Source: Candidatus Caldarchaeum sp.
GTDB taxonomy: Archaea > Thermoproteota > Nitrososphaeria_A > Caldarchaeales > Caldarchaeaceae
DNA: 64,000 nucleotides
Direction: 5' to 3'
Assembly: GCA_038831915.1 (NCBI GenBank)
Contig: JAWBKB010000002.1
Span: 73,746-137,745, forward strand
Within the stretch, counting starts at the first letter, position 1. Each line of letters starts with the position of its first letter. A program made the position numbers and the translations under genes. The notes beneath the pieces were generated by a model. It made no database searches and was not told the DNA's origin. It saw only the letters and a program-made list of their open reading frames with translations. Positions 36,018-45,724 of this stretch are shown piece after piece.

Positions 36018-36491
36018 TCATGTGGTTTCGTTTTCCTTCACCTTCGACACCACTTTAATCTCGGTTATGGCCGTGTATGGATATTGGCCGTTTTGGTCTT
36101 TCTCATACTGTTTTACAACATCCCAGATGTTAAGCAACGCCGCCGCAGTAGCCGTTAACGCTTCCATCTCAACTCCTGTCTTCTCAAAAGCAACAACCTT
36201 AGACTTCACTTCGATGTAGTCGTATCCTATCGACTCGGTGACTTCGACCGATTCGAGCTTGAGTTGATGGCAGAGCGGAAGAATCGACGGCGTGTTTTTG
36301 GCTGCCAGTATCCCGGCTATTCTCGCAACTTCGAGAGGGTTGCCTTTTTCAACAGACCCCTGGCGTATTTTTTCGACGGTTTCCGGTCGGAGCTTAATTC
36401 TTCCCACCGCTACAGCCTCTCTTCTCTGCACGGGTTTATGCGAAATGTCAACCTGCCTAACGCTCATCGAGGTAATGATCTGACACAGCAT
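36018..36491 (-). CDS. moaC: cyclic pyranopterin monophosphate synthase MoaC
   Basis: 157 aa. KGNPLEVARIAGILAAKNT..LPLCH and EMEALTA patterns. Confidence 0.92.
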   Translation of the reverse strand: MLCQIITSMSVRQVDISHKPVQRREAVAVGRIKLRPETVEKIRQGSVEKGNPLEVARIAGILAAKNTPSILPLCHQLKLESVEVTESIGYDYIEVKSKVVAFEKTGVEMEALTATAAALLNIWDVVKQYEKDQNGQYPYTAITEIKVVSKVKENETT

Positions 36492-36506
36492 ATAAAAGAT
36501 TATGAC

Positions 36507-36929
36507 TTACACTCTTCTACCTCTTCTGCCGCCTTTCTTTCTCACGCTGTCATGCGGTATAGGCGTCACATCTTCAATTCTTCCAATCTGCACCCCAGAC
36601 CTGGCTATCATTCTGATGGCTGCTTGAGTAGCGGGTCCTGGTGTTCGTGATTTTACTCCGCCCGGCGCCCTGACGAGTATGTGGACGGCGTTTATTCCAG
36701 CTGCTTTGGCCTGCTCCATCACGAAAGAGGCTGCTCTCATACCTGCGTATGGAGTTGGTTCGAGACGTCCGGCGTCGACAAACATTCCACCTGAAGCTCT
36801 CGCTATTGTTTCGGCACCGGTAAGGTCTGTGAGATGGACTATGATGTTGTTGTAGGATGAGAAGATATGCACTACTCCCCACTTGAGTTTCTGCGGCTGT
36901 TTCTGCTCTTGCTGCTGTTCCACACTCAT
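36507..36929 (-). CDS. rps11: 30S ribosomal protein S11
   Basis: 140 aa. [23 protein letters not shown]. Confidence 0.95.
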   Translation of the reverse strand: MSVEQQQEQKQPQKLKWGVVHIFSSYNNIIVHLTDLTGAETIARASGGMFVDAGRLEPTPYAGMRAASFVMEQAKAAGINAVHILVRAPGGVKSRTPGPATQAAIRMIARSGVQIGRIEDVTPIPHDSVRKKGGRRGRRV

Positions 36930-36957
36930 CTACTTCCCAACAGATGGAACCGTGTAT

Positions 36958-37452
36958 TTAGGTCTGACCTTTGACCACGATTTCTTCGGCAAGTCTAAGG
37001 ATCTCCTCTTCGCCCCGTTTGACATGATAGCTAGGTGCTCGCACCTTTTTACCGCCGACGAAGATTTTTCCGTGAGTAATTAGCTGTCTGGCGTGATGAA
37101 TCGTCCGAGCCAAGCCAGACCTATACACGATGGTTTGAAGCCTTCTTTCGAGAAAGTCACGAACCGTTAGCTTGAGTACGTCGTCTAAAGTAGCTCCTTG
37201 AGGAAGAACACCAAGCCTGTTCAACCGTCCGATCAGCCGTCCCTCCTCTACCATTCTTTTTTCGCCGACGACGACGAAAAGTTTCCTCGCCATGGTTCTG
37301 TACTTTTTCAAGATGCTTGCCACTCTCCAAAGTTCGCGCTTGTTGCGCAAACCATATTCACCCATCAGCTTCAATTCTTCTTCGAGAGCTTCCCTTCTCC
37401 AAGGATTCCCCGGTGTTTCATACTTCTTCCTAATCCGCTTCGGGTCTCCCAT
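36958..37452 (-). CDS. rps4: 30S ribosomal protein S4
   Basis: Starts [18 protein letters not shown]. The ORF is open to 37479, but MGDPK is the conserved archaeal S4 N-terminus. Confidence 0.95.
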   Translation of the reverse strand: MGDPKRIRKKYETPGNPWRREALEEELKLMGEYGLRNKRELWRVASILKKYRTMARKLFVVVGEKRMVEEGRLIGRLNRLGVLPQGATLDDVLKLTVRDFLERRLQTIVYRSGLARTIHHARQLITHGKIFVGGKKVRAPSYHVKRGEEEILRLAEEIVVKGQT

Positions 37453-37557
37453 GCCTGGCAACATCACCGTGTGAACCATGATTTAAACATCGAACCGACC
37501 GTTTCACGGGAGAAAAATTCGACAAACCTTATATAAAATGCATGGCTTAAACCGCAC

Positions 37558-38697
37558 ATGATTGAAAGAGAGATCATCGTGGTGGGCGGTGGACCCGCAG
37601 GAGTCGCCGCCGCGAAAGGAGCTGCACTCGAAGGCGGTGATGTGTTACTTCTCGAAAAATATCCAACCATCATGGCGAACAAGCCGTGCGGCGAAGCCTG
37701 TAGCAAGGAAACACTTGTCACCGCCGGAGTTAAACCCACGTCCCGAATAGTCATGCATGAAGCCTACGCGCTTGTTTATTCACCCAACATGATTGAAATC
37801 GAGATCAAGCAAATCGGATACAATATCAACAAATCTTTTTTCATTCAGGAAATTGCGGCTCAAGCGGCTGAATATGGTGCGGACATTCATGTAAGGGAAG
37901 AGGTGACAGCCGTTAAAAGGGAGGATTCACGTCTCGTTGTTAAGACCAATCGGGAAACTTACGTAGCTAAAGTGGTAATAGGAGCCGACGGCTATAACTC
38001 TACTGTTGCGAGGAGTCTTGGGGTTACGGAGAGACCCGAACCGATACCAACCGTTCAATACATCATGGCGAACTGCAGGCTAAAGTATCCGGACGCCGTT
38101 CGCTTCTATCTTGGAAACAAAATCGCGCCGGGTGGATATGCATGGATTTTCCCACGCACGGAAAAACTCGCTGAAGTTGGAATAGGGGTAAGGGGAGCCG
38201 TTGCGAAAGAATATCTTGACGCTTTCGTCAAAAGGTTTTCGGATGAGCTCGGCAACGCGAAAATCATAGATTACCGTGGTGCACCTGTTCCGATTGGCGG
38301 CGCCATTTCAGAAAGCGTTTTCGACGGGGCCATGCTTGTGGGAGACGCCGCCGGCCACGTGATTCCTCTTACCGGCGCTGGAATTCATTCATCGGTTGCC
38401 GCAGGCCTCGCAGCGGGTAAGGTGGCTGCAAGAGCTGTGAAGGAAGGAGATACCTCGAAGAAACATCTGTCAGAGTTCTACATGCTGTATGAGCCGTGGC
38501 TGACACGTATAAAGAAGAGTTTGAAAGCGATGCGTGCTGTGGAGGTGTTGTCAGACGAGGAACTTGACACGTTGGCCCGAATCTTTCAAGCAGACGACAT
38601 ACTCGACCTCGCCAACGGCCTCGACGTTGGCCGAGTGGCCCGAAAGCTTCTCAACCACCCCGTCCTCGCAATCAAGCTTGCCCGCCAACTACTGTGA
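37558..38697 (+). CDS. geranylgeranyl reductase family flavoprotein
   Basis: 379 aa. VVGGGPAGVAAAKGAA FAD motif, CGE, and LVGDAAGHV. Confidence 0.85.
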   Translation: MIEREIIVVGGGPAGVAAAKGAALEGGDVLLLEKYPTIMANKPCGEACSKETLVTAGVKPTSRIVMHEAYALVYSPNMIEIEIKQIGYNINKSFFIQEIAAQAAEYGADIHVREEVTAVKREDSRLVVKTNRETYVAKVVIGADGYNSTVARSLGVTERPEPIPTVQYIMANCRLKYPDAVRFYLGNKIAPGGYAWIFPRTEKLAEVGIGVRGAVAKEYLDAFVKRFSDELGNAKIIDYRGAPVPIGGAISESVFDGAMLVGDAAGHVIPLTGAGIHSSVAAGLAAGKVAARAVKEGDTSKKHLSEFYMLYEPWLTRIKKSLKAMRAVEVLSDEELDTLARIFQADDILDLANGLDVGRVARKLLNHPVLAIKLARQLL

Positions 38698-40021
38698 AAA
38701 TCATCGAATGATGTTCAATTGATTTGACGAAGTGTTCGAGGTAGATGTTTTCGTTGGGTGCGTGAAGTCTCGAACCTGGATGTGCGAGGACTGAAAGCAT
38801 CGCAGTCGGAATTCCTGCTTTTACGAAGTGATAAATCGGGCCCGTGCCCGGCATGTTGGGAAGTATCGCTGGCTGTTTGACGTAGACCAGTTTCGCTGTG
38901 TCAACAGCGGCCTTAACGAGGGGATTTTCAGGGCTGACCCTCGCAGGATAAGACATCGATTGAACCGTGATCTCCACGTCTTTAGGCAGGTAATTCTTCA
39001 GTCTCCGCAGTATTTTCGCCGGGTCTTGGTTGGGAACCAGCCTGAAATCGATTTTAACTGTCGCGGAGGATGGAACGATTGTCTTCGAACCGGGCCCGGA
39101 ATATCCAGAGCTGAATCCAGCGACGTTGCAGGTTGGCTCATAGACAATTTTCTCCGCGAGGTTGTGACGTGAAGCGGTTAATCTGTTTACACCGAGGCTT
39201 TTAACGTATTCAGAAGGGGTTCGCCTGAATGTTTTCAACATTCTTCTTTCAGCAGCGGTCGGCTTCAAAACATCGGCATAGAAACCCGGAATCCTGATGA
39301 CGCCTCTATCATCTTTCAACATACGGAGTATCCGCACCATTTTCTCGGCAGCGTTTTCGATGATCGGCGCATACATGGAATGAGCATCTGCCTTAGCTGT
39401 CCTAACATTCAATTCCACGTACAGCATCCCTTTAACTCCAAGGTAGAAAGTAGGGCCTTTTTCGTCGATGTCGCCCCCCTCCCACATACATCCAACAACG
39501 TTTCCGAAAAGGCTGCGGTTTCTGGAAATCAAATCCGATATTCCCGGGCTACCCACTTCCTCTTCGCCCTCTATTATCCATTTCACGGTCAGGGGCAGTA
39601 GGCCGAAAGCTTTCTCAACAACACGCACGGCAGCTAGTCTGGCGATGATTTCGCCCTTGTTATCTGAAACCCCCCGACCATACAAAATTCCGTCTTTTTC
39701 AGTCAGCTTGAATGGGTCTGTTTGCCATTCTTCCAGCGGCTCGGGAGGCTGCACGTCATAATGATTGTAGAGAAGTATAGTGTTTTTTCCGCCTTTTTTC
39801 TCGGCATAAACCGCGGGCCTCCCGGTTTTTGTTTCAAGAAGCGTAGCGGAAAAACCATCTCTTTCAAGCAGTTGTTTTACAAAGTTGGCGCATTCATCTA
39901 TTGATTGATTTCGGGCCGAAACGCTTGGTATGGAAATTAGCTCGGCAAGGTCGTCGAGAGCTTTCTGCCGCTCGGATTCAACATTTTCCCTTATCCTGCC
40001 ATGACGCTCTGAAATTTTCAC
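38672..40021 (-). CDS. M20-family metallopeptidase/dipeptidase
   Basis: 449 aa. LLYNHYDVQP, GRGVSDNKG and IEGEEEVGS metal-ligand motifs. Confidence 0.85.
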   Translation of the reverse strand: MKISERHGRIRENVESERQKALDDLAELISIPSVSARNQSIDECANFVKQLLERDGFSATLLETKTGRPAVYAEKKGGKNTILLYNHYDVQPPEPLEEWQTDPFKLTEKDGILYGRGVSDNKGEIIARLAAVRVVEKAFGLLPLTVKWIIEGEEEVGSPGISDLISRNRSLFGNVVGCMWEGGDIDEKGPTFYLGVKGMLYVELNVRTAKADAHSMYAPIIENAAEKMVRILRMLKDDRGVIRIPGFYADVLKPTAAERRMLKTFRRTPSEYVKSLGVNRLTASRHNLAEKIVYEPTCNVAGFSSGYSGPGSKTIVPSSATVKIDFRLVPNQDPAKILRRLKNYLPKDVEITVQSMSYPARVSPENPLVKAAVDTAKLVYVKQPAILPNMPGTGPIYHFVKAGIPTAMLSVLAHPGSRLHAPNENIYLEHFVKSIEHHSMIFTVVGGQA

Positions 40022-40068
40022 GTCTAATTTTTGCTAAGATTATATTTATGGTTTGACCATTTCATTCC

Positions 40069-40659
40069 GTGAGCGAACCATCGATTCCCGAGCCCGTGAA
40101 CGTTAAGCTGAAGCCGGAAAGAACCGCGGTCATCGTGGTGGACATGCAGAACGATTTCTGCCATCCGAACGGTAAACTTTTTGTGCCCTCTTCTGTCGCC
40201 ACGATTCCCGCGATAAGAAGAATCGTTGACAACGCGAGGAAAAACGGTGTGAAAGTTTTCTACACACAGGACTGGCATCAGCCGGAAGACCCGGAATTTG
40301 AGATATGGGGAGAACATGCGCTGGCGTATTCTTGGGGAGCCCAAATAGTCGATGAACTAAAGCCGTCCGAAAGCGACATAGTTGTTCAGAAGCTGCGTTA
40401 CGACGGATTTTACGGAACGAGCCTCGAACACTTGCTCCGCCTACATCATGTCACGGGCTTGGTAATAACGGGGACGGTAGCGAACATATGCGTTCTACAC
40501 ACCGCGGGAAGCGCTGCCCTTCGATGGTTTCGCATCTACGTTCCGGTTGACGGCATTTCAGCGTTAAATGAATTTGACATGAAGGCTGCTCTACGCCAAA
40601 TCACGTTTCTTTACAGAGGTATTTTAACAAGTTCAGAATTGATAGAATTTGCACGATGA
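40069..40659 (+). CDS. pncA: isochorismatase-family hydrolase, probable nicotinamidase
   Basis: 196 aa. VVDMQNDF and catalytic Cys in ANICVLHT. 4-nt overlap with the NAPRTase gene. Confidence 0.8.
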   Translation: MSEPSIPEPVNVKLKPERTAVIVVDMQNDFCHPNGKLFVPSSVATIPAIRRIVDNARKNGVKVFYTQDWHQPEDPEFEIWGEHALAYSWGAQIVDELKPSESDIVVQKLRYDGFYGTSLEHLLRLHHVTGLVITGTVANICVLHTAGSAALRWFRIYVPVDGISALNEFDMKAALRQITFLYRGILTSSELIEFAR

Positions 40660-41864
40660 AGCCAAAACCCAAGGCATACATAGCCGACCCCGGCCAGATA
40701 AAGAACGGTGGATCGACAGATATTTACTTCCAAAGGACGAAAACGATTTTAGAGAAAAGCGGTTCGACTGATGTTGCGGTTGCGGCTGAAATTCACTCAT
40801 ATGGGCTTCCAAACAGCTATGATTGGGCTGTTTTCACGGGGTTAGAAGAAGCGGTTTGGCTCCTTGAAGGTCTGCCCGTCGACTTGTACGCGATGGATGA
40901 GGGAACTGTCTTTAGGGCCGTGGAACCTGTGGCAAGGGTTGAAGGCCGTTATGTCGACTTTGGTGTGTATGAACCTTCTCTTCTCGGAATTCTGCGTCAT
41001 TCATCAAGCGTTTCGACAAAAGCCGCGCGGATAAAACTGGCAGCTGGCAACAAATCCGTGTTGTTTTTCGGAATCAGATGTGTTCATCCAGCAATAGCTC
41101 CGATGGTAGATCGAGCCGCGTACGTTGGCGGATGCGACGCGATTTCCGGTACGTTAGGCGCGTCTATGCTTGAACTCGACCCCATGGGTACCATGCCTCA
41201 CGCCTTAATACTCGTGGTAAACGACCAGGTCAAGGCTTGGCGTCTTTTCCACGAAATCATGCCCGAAAAAGTGCCCAGAATTGCACTCGTGGACACCTTC
41301 TACGACGAACGCTACGAATCGCTTAAGGCTGCTGAAGTCTTAGGAAAGAACCTTTATGGAGTTCGCCTTGACACACCCAGCTCACGTCGCGGAAACATCC
41401 GGAGAATCGTTGAGGAAATTAGATGGTCTCTGGATGTCGCAGGTTATCGTCACGTAAAAATTTTTGTCAGCGGTGGCCTTTCCGAAGAATCCATTCCCGA
41501 GCTTGTCGACATTGTAGATGGTTTCGGTGTTGGAACATCTATCGCTTTTCCTGAATCTGTCGACCTCGCCCTCGACATCGTCGAAAGAAACGGCGCACCG
41601 CTTTCTAAAAGAGGCAAGCTACCTGGGAGAAAACAGGTCTACCGATGTCAAAACATGCACGACACCATAACTCTTTGGAACAAAACCCTGGTGAAATGCC
41701 CTGTCTGCGCTGAACCAGTCAATCCGTTGATAAAGCAAGTGCTGAAAAAAGGAGAGCTCGTAGTGGATTTGCCGGACGCCAAAAAAATAAGGGAGAAAGT
41801 TTTGGCACAACTCGATTCGATTAGAAGGCTTGAGTCTTTGGCTCGGCCTAAGTTTTATCTATGA
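40656..41864 (+). CDS. nicotinate phosphoribosyltransferase
   Basis: 402 aa. GTMPHALI, GVRLDTPSSRRG, and a C-terminal CxxxxH..CPVC ribbon-like tail. Confidence 0.85.
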   Translation: MKPKPKAYIADPGQIKNGGSTDIYFQRTKTILEKSGSTDVAVAAEIHSYGLPNSYDWAVFTGLEEAVWLLEGLPVDLYAMDEGTVFRAVEPVARVEGRYVDFGVYEPSLLGILRHSSSVSTKAARIKLAAGNKSVLFFGIRCVHPAIAPMVDRAAYVGGCDAISGTLGASMLELDPMGTMPHALILVVNDQVKAWRLFHEIMPEKVPRIALVDTFYDERYESLKAAEVLGKNLYGVRLDTPSSRRGNIRRIVEEIRWSLDVAGYRHVKIFVSGGLSEESIPELVDIVDGFGVGTSIAFPESVDLALDIVERNGAPLSKRGKLPGRKQVYRCQNMHDTITLWNKTLVKCPVCAEPVNPLIKQVLKKGELVVDLPDAKKIREKVLAQLDSIRRLESLARPKFYL

Positions 41865-43251
41865 GACCTCCTTTCGTGATGCGTAAGAGGTCGATGATTT
41901 TGTCAACTTCTTCAGGCTTAACAACTCCTTCTTCAATCAAGGCCTGCTTGATAGTTTTGCTTTCGGTGAGCATTTTCTTCGCTATTTTCGCGGCTTTGTC
42001 GTAGCCGATTTTCGGAGCCACAACCGTGACAAGGGCCGGGCTCGATTCGGCTATTCTTCTAGCCTTTTCAACATTGACAGTTATGCCTCGCACACATTTC
42101 AACGCAAGGTTTTGACAAGTGTTCGCCAAAATTTCAACGGCCTGAATCAAGTCATACGCGATGAGTGGGAAACCCATATTAAGCTCGAGTTCGCCAAGTT
42201 TGCAAGCCTCCTCGATTGCTTTATCGTATCCAATGACCTGCGCGGCGACTAGCATGGTTGACTCTACGATGACCGGGTTAACTTTGCCCGGCATGATAGA
42301 TGACCCGGGCTGAACCGCTGGAAGCTCGAGTTCACCGATTCCCGTGTTTGGACCCGATGAAAGAATTCTTAAGTCGTTGCAGATTTTCATCAGCGAAACC
42401 GCCGTGCTCCGAAGGGCTGCCGATGCCTCGAGACAGCAGTCACGTGTTCCCATGGCTTCGAACCGATTCTCTGCTATTCGGAAGTCGATTCCAGTCAGCT
42501 GACTTAGTTTCTCGACAACGAGGCGGGCGAAATCTGGATGCGCGTTTAGACCCGTCCCGACCGCGGTTCCGCCGATAGGAAGTTCAAGAAGGCTTTCAAG
42601 AGCATTCATCACACGGCGCCTGCTTTTCTTTATCATGGTAGCATAGCCGGAAAACTGTTGGCCGAAGGTAACTGGAACAGCGTCCTGAAAATGAGTCCTG
42701 CCCGCCCTCACGTATTCGACAAATTCAGCGGCTTTTGCGTTGAATTCTTTTTCAAGAAGCTCAAGCGCCGGTAGAAGCTTTTTCACGATTAGCTCGGCGA
42801 CCGCCACGTTGATCGCTGTGGGTATCACGTCGTTAGTGGATTGAGCCATGTTTACATGGTCATTGGGGTGAATGGTTTTCTTGTCTCCACGTGGAAGGCC
42901 TAGGATTTCAAGTGCTCTGTTAGCGATGACTTCGTTGGCGTTCATGTTTGTTGAAGTTCCAGAACCCGTTTGGAAAATGTCTACGACGAAATGTTTGTCC
43001 AACAACCCTTCCGCGACTTCCAATGCTGCTTTTGAAATGGCTTCGCCGATTCTTCTGTCCAGCAAGCCAAACTGCATGTTAGACTCTGCGGCCGCGAGCT
43101 TGATCAAGCCGAGAGCTCTTATGAAAGCTCTTTGGAAAACAAGGCCCGAAATCGGGAAATTGTCCACGGCCCTCGCGGTCTGCGCACCATACAAGGCATC
43201 AACGGGAACCTTCATCTCACCTAAAGTGTCCGTTTCTATTCTGTAGCTCAT
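41848..43251 (-). CDS. fumC: class II fumarate hydratase
   Basis: 467 aa. GSSIMPGKVNP. IFQTGSGTSTNMNANEVIANRA, GRTHFQDAVP and IGYDKAAKIAKK are closer to FumC than to AspA as I recall those sequences. Confidence 0.88.
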   Translation of the reverse strand: MSYRIETDTLGEMKVPVDALYGAQTARAVDNFPISGLVFQRAFIRALGLIKLAAAESNMQFGLLDRRIGEAISKAALEVAEGLLDKHFVVDIFQTGSGTSTNMNANEVIANRALEILGLPRGDKKTIHPNDHVNMAQSTNDVIPTAINVAVAELIVKKLLPALELLEKEFNAKAAEFVEYVRAGRTHFQDAVPVTFGQQFSGYATMIKKSRRRVMNALESLLELPIGGTAVGTGLNAHPDFARLVVEKLSQLTGIDFRIAENRFEAMGTRDCCLEASAALRSTAVSLMKICNDLRILSSGPNTGIGELELPAVQPGSSIMPGKVNPVIVESTMLVAAQVIGYDKAIEEACKLGELELNMGFPLIAYDLIQAVEILANTCQNLALKCVRGITVNVEKARRIAESSPALVTVVAPKIGYDKAAKIAKKMLTESKTIKQALIEEGVVKPEEVDKIIDLLRITKGGLIDKT

Positions 43252-43280
43252 AACAATAGATAGCTGAAGCGTGATATATA

Positions 43281-44318
43281 TTAAATCAACATGGTCTCTT
43301 CGAGAATTCTGAATATTTGTGGCCTTGTCAACGGTGCTTTGTGAAGGATTGTGTATCTTTCCTTGCGGATTTGAGGTGCCTTTAAAACAGCTTCAGCGAA
43401 CAAATCAGCGTCGACGTTTATGTCTTTTAAGGTATGAGGTGCTCCGAGTATTCTGAGACTTTCCCTAACCTTCGCCCATTTCGCGTTGTGAAGCCAGGAG
43501 GTGAAGATGGTGGCGACTCCGCATCTTTCACCATGAAGCGCCGGCTTTTCCATCAAGGTTTCGATGGCGTGAGCGATTAGATGTTCGCTTCCGCTGCAGG
43601 GCCTGCTGCTTCCAGCGACTCCCATGGCGACTCCCGCGCTTATCAAAGCCTCGACAACGGTTCTCGCTCCTTCTATCGCGTCGTTTCGGATATGTTTGGC
43701 TGATTTCATGACAACTGATGCGCTGAGATAGGCAAGGTGGGCTGCGTAGCGGCCGTAGTATTCATTTCTCTCGGTGTGGGCTAGCCACCAGTCTCTCACA
43801 GCTGTATGTTTGGCGACGAGGTCTCCGCATCCGCTGACCAAATATCTTCCCGGAGCCTTTGCGATGACGTTCATGTCGGCGAAAATTTCAAGCGGCATGA
43901 CGGATTTTTTCGAATAGGCGACTCCGTTTTGGCGGAAGCTTGTCATCGGGCTGGCGATACCGTCGTGCGAAGCAATTGTAGGAACGCTGAAAAGAGGTTT
44001 TCCAATTTGTTCCGCGACAACCTTCGAGACGTCGAGGACTTTACCACCGCCTACACCGACGACGGCGTCAAAATTTTTCAACCCTTCAACCTGTTTCCCG
44101 AAACTTTCAACGACTTCATCCACGAAAAACACTTCGACGGCAGACATCCCAACGCCGGCTTCAATTATTTTAGAACCCAGAATGTTATACGGTGTTTTGC
44201 TCGTGATCATTAAAATCTTCCTGAAGTCGTGGACAGCTTTGAGGCGGTGGCCGACTGTTTCAGCGAGGTCGCTGCCGATTACTACGTATTGCGGCAGCTC
44301 CATTTCGTGACGGTGCAT
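43281..44318 (-). CDS. egsA: glycerol-1-phosphate dehydrogenase [NAD(P)+]
   Basis: 345 aa. Fe-ADH-fold protein with an LPQYVVIGSD N-terminus, GVGGGKVLDVSK and GSEHLIAHA. Confidence 0.85.
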   Translation of the reverse strand: MHRHEMELPQYVVIGSDLAETVGHRLKAVHDFRKILMITSKTPYNILGSKIIEAGVGMSAVEVFFVDEVVESFGKQVEGLKNFDAVVGVGGGKVLDVSKVVAEQIGKPLFSVPTIASHDGIASPMTSFRQNGVAYSKKSVMPLEIFADMNVIAKAPGRYLVSGCGDLVAKHTAVRDWWLAHTERNEYYGRYAAHLAYLSASVVMKSAKHIRNDAIEGARTVVEALISAGVAMGVAGSSRPCSGSEHLIAHAIETLMEKPALHGERCGVATIFTSWLHNAKWAKVRESLRILGAPHTLKDINVDADLFAEAVLKAPQIRKERYTILHKAPLTRPQIFRILEETMLI

Positions 44319-44342
44319 CTGCTAAGCGGTTGAGCGGGTAGC

Positions 44343-44349
44343 TTATAAA
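44343..44349. promoter_or_regulatory. single central TATA box (TTATAAA) in the 52-bp divergent egsA / ThiN-fusion spacer
   Basis: 25 nt from the egsA ATG (44318) and 22 nt from the 44371 ATG. It is the only AT-rich element in the spacer. Confidence 0.5.
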
Positions 44350-44370
44350 CCTCGAACGCAAAGTCATCAC

Positions 44371-45312
44371 ATGTTTCCGCCGTGCGAAATGATGGCGAAG
44401 AATTTTCTACCAGCTGTCCGGGGGCTGGTGGCCCATAGGTTGAAAAAAATGGGGAAGGGCCAGACTTTCATAGCTAAAACGCTTGGAATAACTCAGTCCG
44501 CGGTAAGCCAGATTCTTGCTTCAGACGAAAGAAAATACGGGAAAAAGCTCGAAGAGCTCGGACTGGAAAGACGTGAATATGCCCTCCTTGTCGAAACAAT
44601 CAGCCAGGAAGTTTCGGTAAATCCGACTCGCGCCACGGAAATACTGTACGGGTTCTGGCTTGATATGCTTTCGAAAGGCCGGTTTTGCGATTATCATCGT
44701 CGCATGTATCCTCAGTTGCTCGGATGCGAAATTTGTCTGCGCCGTGCATTCGTGGCTGAGTTTGATGAAGAAAGGACGCGGATTTTGGAAGCTCTTGAAA
44801 AGTCTGTTAAAAGGTTGGAGGGAAGTAGGGCGTTTGCAAAACTAATTCCACAAGTCGGCACTAACGTTGTGGCATGTTTGGAGCGCTCCCAGTCTGTCGA
44901 TGATGTCGCCGGCGTTGTTGGTAGAATTGTCCGGGTTGACGATGGAGTAAAAGCAGTTGGAAGGCCGGCATTCGGAGGAAGTCATCATCTCGCCTTGGTT
45001 TTGCTAACAGCGAGAAGATATAACAAATCGGTGAAAGCGGCGGTAAACATCATAAATTCATCGGCTGCGCGTAAAACTATCGCGGAAGCTGGCATAGTTT
45101 ACGCTGTCATCGAGCCACATCAATCACCTATTTCGGACGAAACCGTGCTGCAAGATTTGGAAAACGTTTTCCAAACTTCACCTAAATTCCCGGCCGCAGT
45201 TTTTCACGGAGGCGGAGTTGGATATGAACCGATTACCTATCTGTTTTCAGATAATCTCGAAAAATTAATCGACCTTGTACTAATTTTGGCGAACCGCATT
45301 TCCCTGAGTTAG
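44371..45312 (+). CDS. HTH regulator fused to a ThiN (thiamine-phosphate-synthase-like) domain, ThiR-like
   Basis: 313 aa. HTH TFIAKTLGITQSAVSQIL, a CDYH..(10)..CEIC metal motif, and a C-terminal ThiN-like region (IPQVGTNVVACL..VAGVVGRIVRV..GGSHHLA). Confidence 0.7.
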   Translation: MFPPCEMMAKNFLPAVRGLVAHRLKKMGKGQTFIAKTLGITQSAVSQILASDERKYGKKLEELGLERREYALLVETISQEVSVNPTRATEILYGFWLDMLSKGRFCDYHRRMYPQLLGCEICLRRAFVAEFDEERTRILEALEKSVKRLEGSRAFAKLIPQVGTNVVACLERSQSVDDVAGVVGRIVRVDDGVKAVGRPAFGGSHHLALVLLTARRYNKSVKAAVNIINSSAARKTIAEAGIVYAVIEPHQSPISDETVLQDLENVFQTSPKFPAAVFHGGGVGYEPITYLFSDNLEKLIDLVLILANRISLS

Positions 45313-45680
45313 TCGCAGACGTGGCATGAATCGACGTCGATGTCCGGTTCAACCTTTTTGTGGACTTCACACAAAATTCTCATCATCCTAATGTTCTTCA
45401 AGGCGTCGTTGATTCGTCGCGCGATTTCTTCCTTCGGCTCGTTCTTCATGACAGCTTCGACAACTTCGTCAACCCATTTCATCAGTTCATCATTTTTCTC
45501 AAGCTCAGTCGTAATCCCCCGCACCCCTCGTAAATAGTTGCTCACCGCCGCCTGGGTGACTCCGAGAACTTTCGCTGTCTGCTCCTGAGTAAAAGATTTG
45601 TCGTAGACCAGCTTTTTCGCGACCATCGCTCTCAGTATAGGGATGATGACCTTGGATTCGATTTCAGCGGGAAGCAGCAT
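45309..45680 (-). CDS. HTH transcriptional regulator, stand-alone paralog of the N-terminal module of the neighbouring ThiN fusion
   Basis: 123 aa. QEQTAKVLGVTQAAVSNYL HTH and a C-terminal CEVH..(13)..CHVC motif. Confidence 0.65.
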   Translation of the reverse strand: MLLPAEIESKVIIPILRAMVAKKLVYDKSFTQEQTAKVLGVTQAAVSNYLRGVRGITTELEKNDELMKWVDEVVEAVMKNEPKEEIARRINDALKNIRMMRILCEVHKKVEPDIDVDSCHVCD

Positions 45681-45724
45681 ACCTCCCCAATCCTTCGTGC
45701 TATCAGTATATAAACAATTGGGTT

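Noticed and set aside
40024-40344. 106-aa minus-strand ORF overlapping the pncA start
   Set aside because: Antisense to a gene with clear isochorismatase motifs. No motifs of its own.
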